Notes under the pieces: generated by a model
The model's input: only the letters and a program-made list of their open reading frames with translations
Database searches by the model: none
Told to the model about the DNA's origin: nothing
In this document: piece by piece, positions 1 to 8,063 of the stretch
Layout: each line of letters opens with the position of its first letter
Position numbering within the stretch: the first letter of the stretch is position 1
Made by a program: the position numbers and the translations under genes
NCBI GenBank assembly: GCA_016195485.1
Contig: JACPZM010000063.1
Coordinates: 1-46,680 of the forward strand
DNA from: Candidatus Troglogloeales bacterium
Lineage (GTDB): Bacteria > Nitrospirota > Nitrospiria > SBBL01 > SBBA01
Direction: 5' to 3'
DNA length: 46,680 bases

Positions 1-344
1 CTTATGCCACACGATACCCCAGCCGAGGGAATCGATTCAAAGGCTGCTGACCGCCGCCGGTGTTCGGCTTCCGAAAGCTCTTCTTAACAGAGGTGTCATT
101 GTAACCACTAAGAAAAAACTTCAAACAAGACGAAAAATATCAAAAAATCAACACGTTATACAATAAAGCCCCTCGCCCATGATGGGGAACATCCGATTTA
201 ACATCGGTGCATATGAATATACTGGGAATTGAATACCAATCTGCCTGCGTATCGACTGAATACGGCATTTAACATCGGTGCGTTATGGATAATACTGAGA
301 CATCCGCACCGGATGCCACCCGAGTCTCAAGCTGCTACGCCAAG

Positions 345-1046
345 TCATCCACGGTGTTGGGCGTCTGGGCCAAAAGAGGGCGACGACACCTGCGGGCGTG
401 AACCAAAAATAGTGGCGCCAATCCGAACCCAACTGGCGCCTTCTTCGATAGCCACTTCAAAGTCGGATGACATGCCGATGGAAAACCGGGTTAATCCAAA
501 AGCTATCCCCAATTTCCGCAGCCTTACAAAATAAGGCCGAGGGCTTGTTGTTATCGGAGGAATTGCCATTAATCCAAGCAGTTTCAGATGCGAACATTTT
601 TGTACGGCCATAAGCAAGGGAGGGAAATCTTTTACGGAAACGCCCCCTTTCGTGGCCTCTTCTCCGATGTTCACTTGAATCAAAACATCCTGTACAAGCG
701 ATTGCCGCATCGCTTCTTCTTCCACCTTTTCCGCTAATGGGATTGAATCAATGGAATGAATGATATCGAAAAACCCAACTGCTTTTTTAACCTTATTCAT
801 CTGAAGCGATCCAAGAAAATGCAGAGAGACCGATGGCATTTCAGAAAATTTATCGATGGCCTCCTGCACGCGATTCTCTCCAAAAACGGTTACCCCTGCG
901 TTGGCTGCGGCCAAAATCGCCTCTTGCGAAACCCCCTTAGAGACTGCGACCAGTGTGATCTCCTGCGGGTCTCTCCCAGCCCGTCCCGCCGCTTCGCCAA
1001 TCCTTCGTAAAACATTTGCTACAGCGTGGGCAATCTGATTCCCCAT
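345..1046 (-). CDS. yggS: YggS-family PLP-binding (pyridoxal phosphate homeostasis) protein
   Basis: ORF 345..1070. Motifs LVAVSKG, FGENRVQE, HFLGSLQMNKV, MSSDFEVAIEEG and VRIGATIFG fit YggS/PLPBP. ATG at 1046 lies 1 nt past the pgeF stop; GTG at 1070 is the alternative start. Confidence 0.9.
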   Translation of the reverse strand: MGNQIAHAVANVLRRIGEAAGRAGRDPQEITLVAVSKGVSQEAILAAANAGVTVFGENRVQEAIDKFSEMPSVSLHFLGSLQMNKVKKAVGFFDIIHSIDSIPLAEKVEEEAMRQSLVQDVLIQVNIGEEATKGGVSVKDFPPLLMAVQKCSHLKLLGLMAIPPITTSPRPYFVRLRKLGIAFGLTRFSIGMSSDFEVAIEEGASWVRIGATIFGSRPQVSSPSFGPDAQHRG

Positions 1047-1047
1047 T

Positions 1048-1728
1048 TCATTGCTCAAGCAAAACGCCACTAACCATATTTTGCCCCTTCACTTTATCGC
1101 GCCGATAAGAATTAAACATATTCGGATGGCAGACAGTACAAAGATCGGCGTCCGCGATATTGTCAGGTTTTACCCCTGTATTCAAAAGCTGAATACGATT
1201 TAAGTGAGGAAGGTTAACCCACGCCTTGTCGCCTCGTTTACGCGAAATAACTCCCGCGCTATAAGCGGGATCGATTTCAACCTGTCCCCAGACCTCTTGG
1301 CCCACTTCAAAACAACATGGGCCAATACGAGGGCCCATTCCAACTAAGAGGGAGCCAGGATCAGAGCCGTAAGAGCGTGCCATTGCCGAAACGGTCTTAG
1401 CAACGATGCGAAGAAGAGACCCTCGCCATCCCGCGTGAACAATGGCAACCGCATGTCGATTCGGATCAATGATAATAACCGGTAAGCAATCGGCTGTGAA
1501 GACGGTTATCAGAACCCCCAGTTGATCGGTCATTAGCGCATCTCCTACGAGTTTGTTCTCTGTCCCTGTATCAGACTTTACAATCCCGTCTCCATGCACT
1601 TGGGTCAGTCGCAAGGAGCGGCCGTCATGAACCCCCTTTGCCTGCTCTTCGCTAAGCGCCTTTGTGCCAAAGAAATGAAAGAATCCCGGACGATCCAAAA
1701 GAGGCAACGTGAGGTATTCTTCTGGCAT
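1048..1728 (-). CDS. pgeF: Peptidoglycan editing factor PgeF / YfiH (DUF152, laccase-domain family)
   Basis: Motifs QVHGDGIV, TADCLPV, VHAGWRG, GPCCFEVG and CTVCHPNMFNSYRRD. ATG at 1728 overlaps the ftsZ stop (TGATG). Confidence 0.9.
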   Translation of the reverse strand: MPEEYLTLPLLDRPGFFHFFGTKALSEEQAKGVHDGRSLRLTQVHGDGIVKSDTGTENKLVGDALMTDQLGVLITVFTADCLPVIIIDPNRHAVAIVHAGWRGSLLRIVAKTVSAMARSYGSDPGSLLVGMGPRIGPCCFEVGQEVWGQVEIDPAYSAGVISRKRGDKAWVNLPHLNRIQLLNTGVKPDNIADADLCTVCHPNMFNSYRRDKVKGQNMVSGVLLEQ

Positions 1729-2870
1729 CAATCGGCCTGCTGTCTTAAGAAGGTTGGCATATCCAATACTTCCTCATTGTAGGCCCCATTATTATAGGCG
1801 CCACCCCCGACCACACGCGGCACCTTTCGCAAGACACCCCTTTTTTCGATATCTGCCGAAAGCCCTTTCTTAACAGGACGCCCATCTCCTACCTCATCGC
1901 TCATTGTCTCTCCCTGAAAACCAGTGGCAATCACCGTTACCTTTACCTCCTCTGAATCGGTTGCGCCTACCGCAGTGCCAAAAATGACCTTTGCGTCAGA
2001 ATCGACCTTTCCGGTAATAATCGCTGCGGCTTCGGCCACTTCGTGCAGTCCCATGTCTCGCCCTCCGGAGATATTCATGAGTATCCCCTTTGCCCCTTCA
2101 ATAGAGCTGTCTTCCAAAAGCGGGCTGGAAATGGCGCTTTGCGCCGCCTCCACTGCACGGTTCTCCCCCTTGGATACCCCCATTCCCATGACTGCTCGGC
2201 CCGGATAGGACATGATCGCCCTGACATCGGAAAAATCAACATTGATCTGCCCTGGCATCATAATCAGATCTGTAATGCCGGCAACGGCCTGACGCAGGAT
2301 ATCGTCTGCGACTAAGAAGGCTTCTTTAAGGGACGTCCCCTTTTCAACGATATTTAAGAGGCGCTGATTGGGGATGACGATCACGGAATGGCACCCCTTT
2401 TTCATCTCTCGCAATCCCTCCTCTGCAAGCTTAGTCTTCATCCCTGCTTCAAATAAAAACGGCTTTGTGACAACTCCGACAGTCAACGCGCCCAACTCCT
2501 TGGCAATATTTGCGATGACCGGCGCCGCGCCGGTTCCAGTTCCGCCTCCTAAACTGGCGGCAACAAAGACCATCTCGCTATCTGCCAACGATTCTCGAAT
2601 TGCATCCACCGATTCAAGCGCCGCGTCGCGCCCCACTTGAGGGTCGGCGCCGGCGCCGCGTCCCTTTGTCAGCTTTTCCCCAAGCTGAATCTTGTAAGGG
2701 GCATGACTTAAGTGTAAGACCTGCCTATCGGTATTGGCTACAAGGAAATCAACCCCCTTCAAGTTATGCAGAATCATGTTATTCACGGCATTACCGCCGC
2801 CACCCCCCACTCCCACCACCTTAATTCTAACCAACGATAAACCGATCTCTTCCTCGTCAAAAAGAAACAT
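1728..2870 (-). CDS. ftsZ: Cell division GTPase FtsZ
   Basis: IKVVGVGGGGGNAVNNM, tubulin signature GGGTGTGAAP, and C-terminal peptide DMPTFLRQQ. AAGGAGGAG Shine-Dalgarno (SD) 4-5 nt upstream of the ATG. Confidence 0.98.
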   Translation of the reverse strand: MFLFDEEEIGLSLVRIKVVGVGGGGGNAVNNMILHNLKGVDFLVANTDRQVLHLSHAPYKIQLGEKLTKGRGAGADPQVGRDAALESVDAIRESLADSEMVFVAASLGGGTGTGAAPVIANIAKELGALTVGVVTKPFLFEAGMKTKLAEEGLREMKKGCHSVIVIPNQRLLNIVEKGTSLKEAFLVADDILRQAVAGITDLIMMPGQINVDFSDVRAIMSYPGRAVMGMGVSKGENRAVEAAQSAISSPLLEDSSIEGAKGILMNISGGRDMGLHEVAEAAAIITGKVDSDAKVIFGTAVGATDSEEVKVTVIATGFQGETMSDEVGDGRPVKKGLSADIEKRGVLRKVPRVVGGGAYNNGAYNEEVLDMPTFLRQQAD

Positions 2871-2910
2871 GATCTCCTCCTTTCATTGATAGTTCCCAAA
2901 ACTCCCCCAT

Positions 2911-2932
2911 CCCCTCTTTACCTGAAGAGGGG
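2911..2932. repeat. G/C-tract hairpin repeat (family 1) in the ftsA-ftsZ spacer
   Basis: CCCCTCTT-tacctg-AAGAGGGG, a perfect 8-bp stem, flanked by CCCCATCCCCTC and GGGGTTA as in the 6935..6974 copy. Confidence 0.7.
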
Positions 2933-2974
2933 AGGCCAGGAGGGGTTAAGGGGGTTGTCTTCCCCTTTCCCCCA

Positions 2975-4204
2975 TTAAAAAAATTCTTTTGCCCACTCCT
3001 TCATTTTTTCCTTGATCCGGTTGATGAACCCCCCCCGTTTACTGGATGCCGCCATTTTTCTTTCTTGATTGTGATGTGCGTAGAGGAGTAACCCTACCCC
3101 CGTGGCGTAAATGGGACTTCGGACAATATCAATCAGTCCTCCCAAATTAGAGGGAACACCCAACCGCGTTGGTAGATTGAGTATCTGCTCGCATAACTCG
3201 ACCATGCCGGGGGTCAATGATGTGCCGCCGGTGAGCACCACGCCCGATGGAACCTTATCTTCAAACCCCGCTTTTTCAATCTCCGCCGCTGCCAGCGTAA
3301 ATATCTCCTCTGCCCTGGGTTCAATCACCTCCGATAATAACTGGCGAGACATGATGCGAGGCGGTCTTCCCCCCACGCCGGGGACCTCCACTGTTTCATT
3401 CTCTTTGACCATCTCCGTCAGCGCGCATCCGTATCGAATTTTTAGTTTTTCAGCTTCATGCGGCGGGGTGCGAAGTCCGATGGCGATATCGTTTGTCAGA
3501 TGATTGCCCCCAATCGGCAAAACAGCCGTATGCCGCACCGCCCCTTCAACAAAGATCGCCATGTCAGTTGTTCCCCCCCCAATATCGATTACCAGCACGC
3601 CCAAATCCTTTTCCTCCGGCGTTAAGACCGCTTCGCTGGATGCTAACGGCTGTAAGATCACATCCATGGTATCCAGCCCCGCTTTTTTAACGCATTTCAC
3701 AATGTTCTGCGCCGAGGTGACCGCACCCGTAATAATATGGACGCAGACCTCTAAACGGGTCCCCGACATCCCGAAGGGGTCGCGAATCCCATCCTGGCCA
3801 TCCACGATATATTCTTGCGGAATCACATGAAGTATTTCTCGATCAGCCGGGATTGAAACGACCTTCGCCGCTTCTAAAACCCGCTCAATATCGCCCCTTG
3901 TGATTTCTCCTTCCTTGACCGCGATGACCCCGCGGCCGTTGAACCCTTGAATATGCCCGCCGGCGATACCGGTATAGACGGAGTTAATCTCGACCCCCGC
4001 CATCATCTCTGCCTCTTCCACCGCGCGCTTTACCGATTCCACAGTGCTGTCTATATTGACCACCATTCCCTTTTTTAATCCTTTGGAAGGATGCGTCCCG
4101 ATCCCAATGATGTCGATCCGCTTCTCTTCAACCTCTCCCACGATCACACAAATCTTGGTTGTGCCAATATCCAGGCCAACCAAAAGATTATCATGCTTAG
4201 CCAT
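2975..4204 (-). CDS. ftsA: Cell division protein FtsA (actin-like ATPase)
   Basis: ORF 2975..4291, but ATG at 4204 (MAKHDNLLVGLDIGTTKICV) has a GAGGAGG SD and follows the ftsQ stop. Also DIGGGTTD motif and a C-terminal amphipathic tail. Confidence 0.97.
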   Translation of the reverse strand: MAKHDNLLVGLDIGTTKICVIVGEVEEKRIDIIGIGTHPSKGLKKGMVVNIDSTVESVKRAVEEAEMMAGVEINSVYTGIAGGHIQGFNGRGVIAVKEGEITRGDIERVLEAAKVVSIPADREILHVIPQEYIVDGQDGIRDPFGMSGTRLEVCVHIITGAVTSAQNIVKCVKKAGLDTMDVILQPLASSEAVLTPEEKDLGVLVIDIGGGTTDMAIFVEGAVRHTAVLPIGGNHLTNDIAIGLRTPPHEAEKLKIRYGCALTEMVKENETVEVPGVGGRPPRIMSRQLLSEVIEPRAEEIFTLAAAEIEKAGFEDKVPSGVVLTGGTSLTPGMVELCEQILNLPTRLGVPSNLGGLIDIVRSPIYATGVGLLLYAHHNQERKMAASSKRGGFINRIKEKMKEWAKEFF

Positions 4205-4215
4205 TAGGGCCTCCT

Positions 4216-4962
4216 CTATTCTTCTGTTTCTGCTGACGCAGTTTTTGTCTTGACAACGACTTGTGATGGGAAACGAAGGTCGGCCTCCCACGGGGCAACA
4301 TTCCGGCGATCCAAATCGGCCTCCACTTTAGAAAACTTCTCCCATCGCTTTTTAAAATCCTTATCCCCCAAATGCAATACCCCTTTTTTAAGACGGACCG
4401 AAATATTTTCTGCATGAGAAAGATCAATGAGCGCATCCTTGCGTTCCGCCAAAAGGGGCGCCAATTCGAGGGCCTTTCCATAGGCATTGGGATTGTAATA
4501 GATCATGCGAGGAAGGTGATCCTGCTCCCCTTCCTCCAAGACGACCCCCTCGCCGTCGCGCAAAATCATCCTATTACTTACAGGATCAATCTCTACAGCC
4601 GCAGGAACACGCTCTGTCAGGGTTACAGCAACCCGGTTCGGATAAACTTTCGAAACCACGGCCTCTTTAACCCACCGGTTGTTTAGCAGCGCGGTATGGA
4701 TCTTCGCGATAGAAAGACGAATCAGGTTTTGTCCCAGCACAAATTGGAACTGCTGATCTAATTCTTTTCTATCGATCTGTTTCATCCCCGCCCATCGTAT
4801 CTCTTTGATTTGAAAATAAGAGGAGGATAAAAAACCCTGCAGGCCAAAAAACCCTGCCACCAAGAGGGCTCCCGTTAAGACAAAAATAAACGGACTCGAT
4901 TTTGTTTGTACTGATCCCGTGTGATTCTTTTTCCGACTGTGTGTTAACGCTATTGTCGACAT
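4216..4962 (-). CDS. ftsQ: Cell division protein FtsQ (single TM plus POTRA)
   Basis: N-terminal TM helix followed by a POTRA-like FQIKEIRWAGMKQIDRKEL segment. Position between ddl and ftsA. AGGAG SD. Confidence 0.9.
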   Translation of the reverse strand: MSTIALTHSRKKNHTGSVQTKSSPFIFVLTGALLVAGFFGLQGFLSSSYFQIKEIRWAGMKQIDRKELDQQFQFVLGQNLIRLSIAKIHTALLNNRWVKEAVVSKVYPNRVAVTLTERVPAAVEIDPVSNRMILRDGEGVVLEEGEQDHLPRMIYYNPNAYGKALELAPLLAERKDALIDLSHAENISVRLKKGVLHLGDKDFKKRWEKFSKVEADLDRRNVAPWEADLRFPSQVVVKTKTASAETEE

Positions 4963-5009
4963 AAATCTCCTGTTTTAATGTAATGTGGGGGGTTTGATGA
5001 ATCAAACCC

Positions 5010-5939
5010 CTACTTTCCAAAGGATGCGGTTGTTAAAATTTTCTCCACCAATTGATCAAACGAAATGCCAACCCCCCTTGCGATCTCCGGGAGCAGGGAT
5101 GTTTCCGTCATTCCCGGCAAGGTATTCACCTCCAATAGATATGGTTTATACGCCCGATCTAAAATAAAATCGGCGCGGCTGTATCCTGAACAGCCCAACG
5201 CGAGATGGGCCTTTAGCCCTAATGCCAGCATCTCCTGATATATGTTGGGCGGGAGTTTTGCCGGGAAAATATGTTCCGACATCCCTTTTACATACTTCGC
5301 CGTATAGTCGTAAAAAGAGGTCTGAGGACGAATCTCAATCGCACCCAACGCGGCCTGATCTAATATGCCGACATGCACCTCGTATCCTGCAATATATTGT
5401 TCTACTAAAATTTTCGGACCAAAACGGAACGCTTCATTCAATGCGGCCGCCATGCCATCCGGCCCTTCCACAATCGTGACCCCAACGCTTGACCCTTCTG
5501 AAATCGGCTTAACGACTGCGGGATAACCAAACGGGAGTGGTTCTGTTTTGAAAATCGATTTTTCCGTTTCTATTAAGAGCAAAGAAGCTGGGGTTGCAAG
5601 ACCCGAAGCGATAAAGAGTTTTCGTGACTGTGCTTTATCCATCCCCAATGCCGAGGCCAGAACGCCGGAGCCGGTATAAGGAATCTGCATCATTTCAAGA
5701 AGCCCTTGAATAATTCCATCCTCCCCATGGCGGCCATGCAAAGCGATAAAAGCGACATCCACGTTCTCCTGTCGCAACGTCAACGCAATTTCCGGGTTTA
5801 CGTCAATGGGACAAACAATATACCCCTGCCTTATCAATGATTCTGCTACGGCAGCCCCGCTTTTAAGAGATATCTCTCTTTCAGCGGAGATTCCCCCCAT
5901 TAAAACCCCAATCTTTTTCCCAATCATATCTTGCTTCAA
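5010..5939 (-). CDS. ddl: D-alanine--D-alanine ligase
   Basis: KIGVLMGGISAEREISLKSG, HGRHGEDGIIQGLLE, and ATP-grasp EGSSVGV. Start is either TTG 5939 or ATG 5927. Confidence 0.95.
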   Translation of the reverse strand: MKQDMIGKKIGVLMGGISAEREISLKSGAAVAESLIRQGYIVCPIDVNPEIALTLRQENVDVAFIALHGRHGEDGIIQGLLEMMQIPYTGSGVLASALGMDKAQSRKLFIASGLATPASLLLIETEKSIFKTEPLPFGYPAVVKPISEGSSVGVTIVEGPDGMAAALNEAFRFGPKILVEQYIAGYEVHVGILDQAALGAIEIRPQTSFYDYTAKYVKGMSEHIFPAKLPPNIYQEMLALGLKAHLALGCSGYSRADFILDRAYKPYLLEVNTLPGMTETSLLPEIARGVGISFDQLVEKILTTASFGK

Positions 5940-5955
5940 GTGTTGAAATTTCCCC

Positions 5956-6933
5956 TTAACAAGTGGGATGCAGGGGGTTGTTTTCCCCTCTCCCTATTAT
6001 CTTAATCTCCGGTTCTAATGAAATACCTTTTTCAAGAAGGACACGCTTCTGCGCTAATTGAATCAGCCCCATGACGTCTGCTGCGGTCGCACCGCCCAAA
6101 TTGATAATAAAATTCCCATGTCTTTCTGATATCTGCGCCCCCCCTATTTGATGCCCTTTTAAACCAACCTCCGTAATAAGCGCTCCTGCAGAAAAGCCCA
6201 CCCTCACCCTACCCTCTCCCTGATGGAGAGCGGAAAAGGGGTTCTTGAAGATAGAGCCGGCACTGGGATAAGACAGTGGCTGTGTTTCCCTTCGCCTCTT
6301 GAGAAGGTCAAATCGTTTTTCCCTAATCTCCCTTACAGGGGCCTTTTGAAGGCGAAACTCGGCGGAGACAATAATACTTCCCTGTGGCAATATGGCAGTT
6401 CGGTAGGAAAAGAAGATGGCCTCTCTGGGGAGCGTCGCGATCTCTCCTCCCGGGCCAACAAGCGTTATCTCTTTTAAGACCGACGCGGTCTCCTCTTTGG
6501 GGATTCCCGCGTTCATCGCGATAGCCCCACCCACCGTGCCCGGAATGCCAGTTGCGAACTCCAACCCGGATAGCCCCTGCTTTTCAACAACCGTTGAAAG
6601 TCGTGGAAAGGAGAGACCCGCTTCGGCGTAAAATGTCGACTCCCCCGTTAATATCCCCTGACTTAAATTGCCTAAGTGAATAACCACCCCTTCTACTCCG
6701 CCTTCCTGAACCAGTAAGTTGCTTCCGGCTCCTAACACAAAAATCGGGACTCCCCCTGCGATCCTCTTTACCAATGCGGCGACTGCTTCAATCGATTCCG
6801 GGAAGACCATCGCCTCTGCTGGGCCGCCAATTTTAAGGGACGTATAGGGCGCCATGGGTTCATTAAATTTCACGTCCCCTTCATACCCTTCAAAAAGGGA
6901 AATTATTTTTTCTTGCATCTCCTGTCCTACCAT
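5956..6933 (-). CDS. murB: UDP-N-acetylenolpyruvoylglucosamine reductase MurB
   Basis: FAD-binding GAGSNLLV, SYRTA, AGSIFKNP, HGNFIIN. ATG at 6933 has GGAGG 9 nt upstream. The ORF extends to 6951 only through repeat sequence. Confidence 0.95.
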   Translation of the reverse strand: MVGQEMQEKIISLFEGYEGDVKFNEPMAPYTSLKIGGPAEAMVFPESIEAVAALVKRIAGGVPIFVLGAGSNLLVQEGGVEGVVIHLGNLSQGILTGESTFYAEAGLSFPRLSTVVEKQGLSGLEFATGIPGTVGGAIAMNAGIPKEETASVLKEITLVGPGGEIATLPREAIFFSYRTAILPQGSIIVSAEFRLQKAPVREIREKRFDLLKRRRETQPLSYPSAGSIFKNPFSALHQGEGRVRVGFSAGALITEVGLKGHQIGGAQISERHGNFIINLGGATAADVMGLIQLAQKRVLLEKGISLEPEIKIIGRGENNPLHPTC

Positions 6934-6951
6934 ACCCCATCCCCTCCCCAA

Positions 6952-6972
6952 CCCTCCCCTTGAAGGGGAGGG
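6952..6972. repeat. G/C-tract hairpin repeat (family 1) in the murG-murB spacer
   Basis: CCCTCCCC-ttgaa-GGGGAGGG, a perfect 8-bp stem. The 20-nt core CTCCCCTTGAAGGGGAGGGG recurs at 14231..14250. Confidence 0.75.
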
Positions 6973-6974
6973 GG

Positions 6975-8063
6975 TTATTTCGACGCGCCTCCTCGAACCA
7001 ACAAGAAACAGGCCGAGACGATTTCATTGGCGGCATGGGGGTGTCCCAGTTTTTTTGACGCCGCTGCCATTTCAGAAAGTTTATGAGTATCCTTGATCCA
7101 CGACAATATCCGCCCTGCAATCCTTGCCCCTGTGAGGTCTTTATCCAAAATCATTTCGGCCGCCCCGGCCGCAACAAACGGCTCCGCGTTTTTCTCCTGA
7201 TGTCCCTTCGCGTAGGGAAACGGTATGAGCAATGAGGGAAGACCGGCGACCGCCAATTCTGACAATGTCCCGGCCCCCGCGCGAGACACCACCAAGTCGC
7301 ACGCAGTGTAAGCCTCGGCCATATTCTCAATAAATTTCAAAACACGCGCGTCGATCCTGTATTTTTTGTATGCGGCGGTTACTTCTGCCCAATCTTTTTC
7401 TCCCGTTTGATGCAGAATTGTTATCGGCGCATTTTCCAAAAATGGAATCGCCTGAATCAATGCCTGATTGATCCGATGCGCCCCCTGACTCCCACCCAAT
7501 ACCAGCAGGGTAAAAGAATGTGTACGGGCGCTGCTTTCTGCGCCCTTGCCAGTTCCCAGAATCTCTGCCCGAACCGGCACACCGAGACAAGCAATATTGC
7601 GCGCGCGGAGGAAATGCCTTGTTTCTTCAAACGCAGTAATCGTCAGATGGACAAAAGGGGCCAATACCTTGTTCATCATCCCCGGAATGAGATTGGGCTC
7701 TAGCATAACCCGCTTTACTCGCAAGAAAAAGGCGGCCATCATCACTGGGCCAGCAGTATATCCCCCGATTCCAATGACCAGATCGGGTGAAAATCGCTTT
7801 AAATGGAAAATCGATTGAAAAATCCCCGCCACAATGCAAAATAAAGAACGAACCTTCCCTGAAATTGGTTTTCCAATAAAGCCTTGCGCCAGGATCGCTT
7901 TGAATTGGAATCCCTGATTGGGCACAACCCGCGCCTCTATTCCAGTCGCTGTTCCGATAAAAAGAATTTCTGTTTCGGCCTCCCGTTTCATGAACGTATT
8001 GGCCAGTGCCAGACAAGGATACAGATGCCCCCCGGTGCCTCCCCCTGTGATGACCACGTTCAT
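6975..8063 (-). CDS. murG: Lipid II synthase MurG (undecaprenyl-PP-MurNAc-pentapeptide GlcNAc transferase)
   Basis: True start MNVVITGGGTGGHLYPCLALA at 8063 overlaps the ftsW stop (ATGA). GGSQGA motif. The long ORF 6975..8375 is a stop-free run into ftsW. Confidence 0.95.
   Translation of the reverse strand: MNVVITGGGTGGHLYPCLALANTFMKREAETEILFIGTATGIEARVVPNQGFQFKAILAQGFIGKPISGKVRSLFCIVAGIFQSIFHLKRFSPDLVIGIGGYTAGPVMMAAFFLRVKRVMLEPNLIPGMMNKVLAPFVHLTITAFEETRHFLRARNIACLGVPVRAEILGTGKGAESSARTHSFTLLVLGGSQGAHRINQALIQAIPFLENAPITILHQTGEKDWAEVTAAYKKYRIDARVLKFIENMAEAYTACDLVVSRAGAGTLSELAVAGLPSLLIPFPYAKGHQEKNAEPFVAAGAAEMILDKDLTGARIAGRILSWIKDTHKLSEMAAASKKLGHPHAANEIVSACFLLVRGGASK

Noticed and set aside
1-87. 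Frame-1 open stretch on the plus strand ending at TAA 85..87, possibly the 3' end of an upstream gene.
   Set aside because: Only 28 codons are visible and they carry no recognisable motif, so it cannot be assigned.
184-197. The 14-nt GGGGAACATCCGAT near the left end matches the reverse complement of 46560..46573 near the right end (about 21/25 over a longer stretch). This could suggest terminal inverted repeats of a 46-kb element.
   Set aside because: Several 14-nt inverted matches are expected by chance in 46.7 kb. The content between them is core housekeeping, with no integrase, transposase or att-like context. At most it is another small dispersed motif.
1660-1690. TTGGCACAAAGGCGCTTAGC on the minus strand inside pgeF resembles a sigma-54 promoter.
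   Set aside because: The GG-to-GC offset is 11 rather than 12. It also lies in the middle of a coding region with no downstream gene start.
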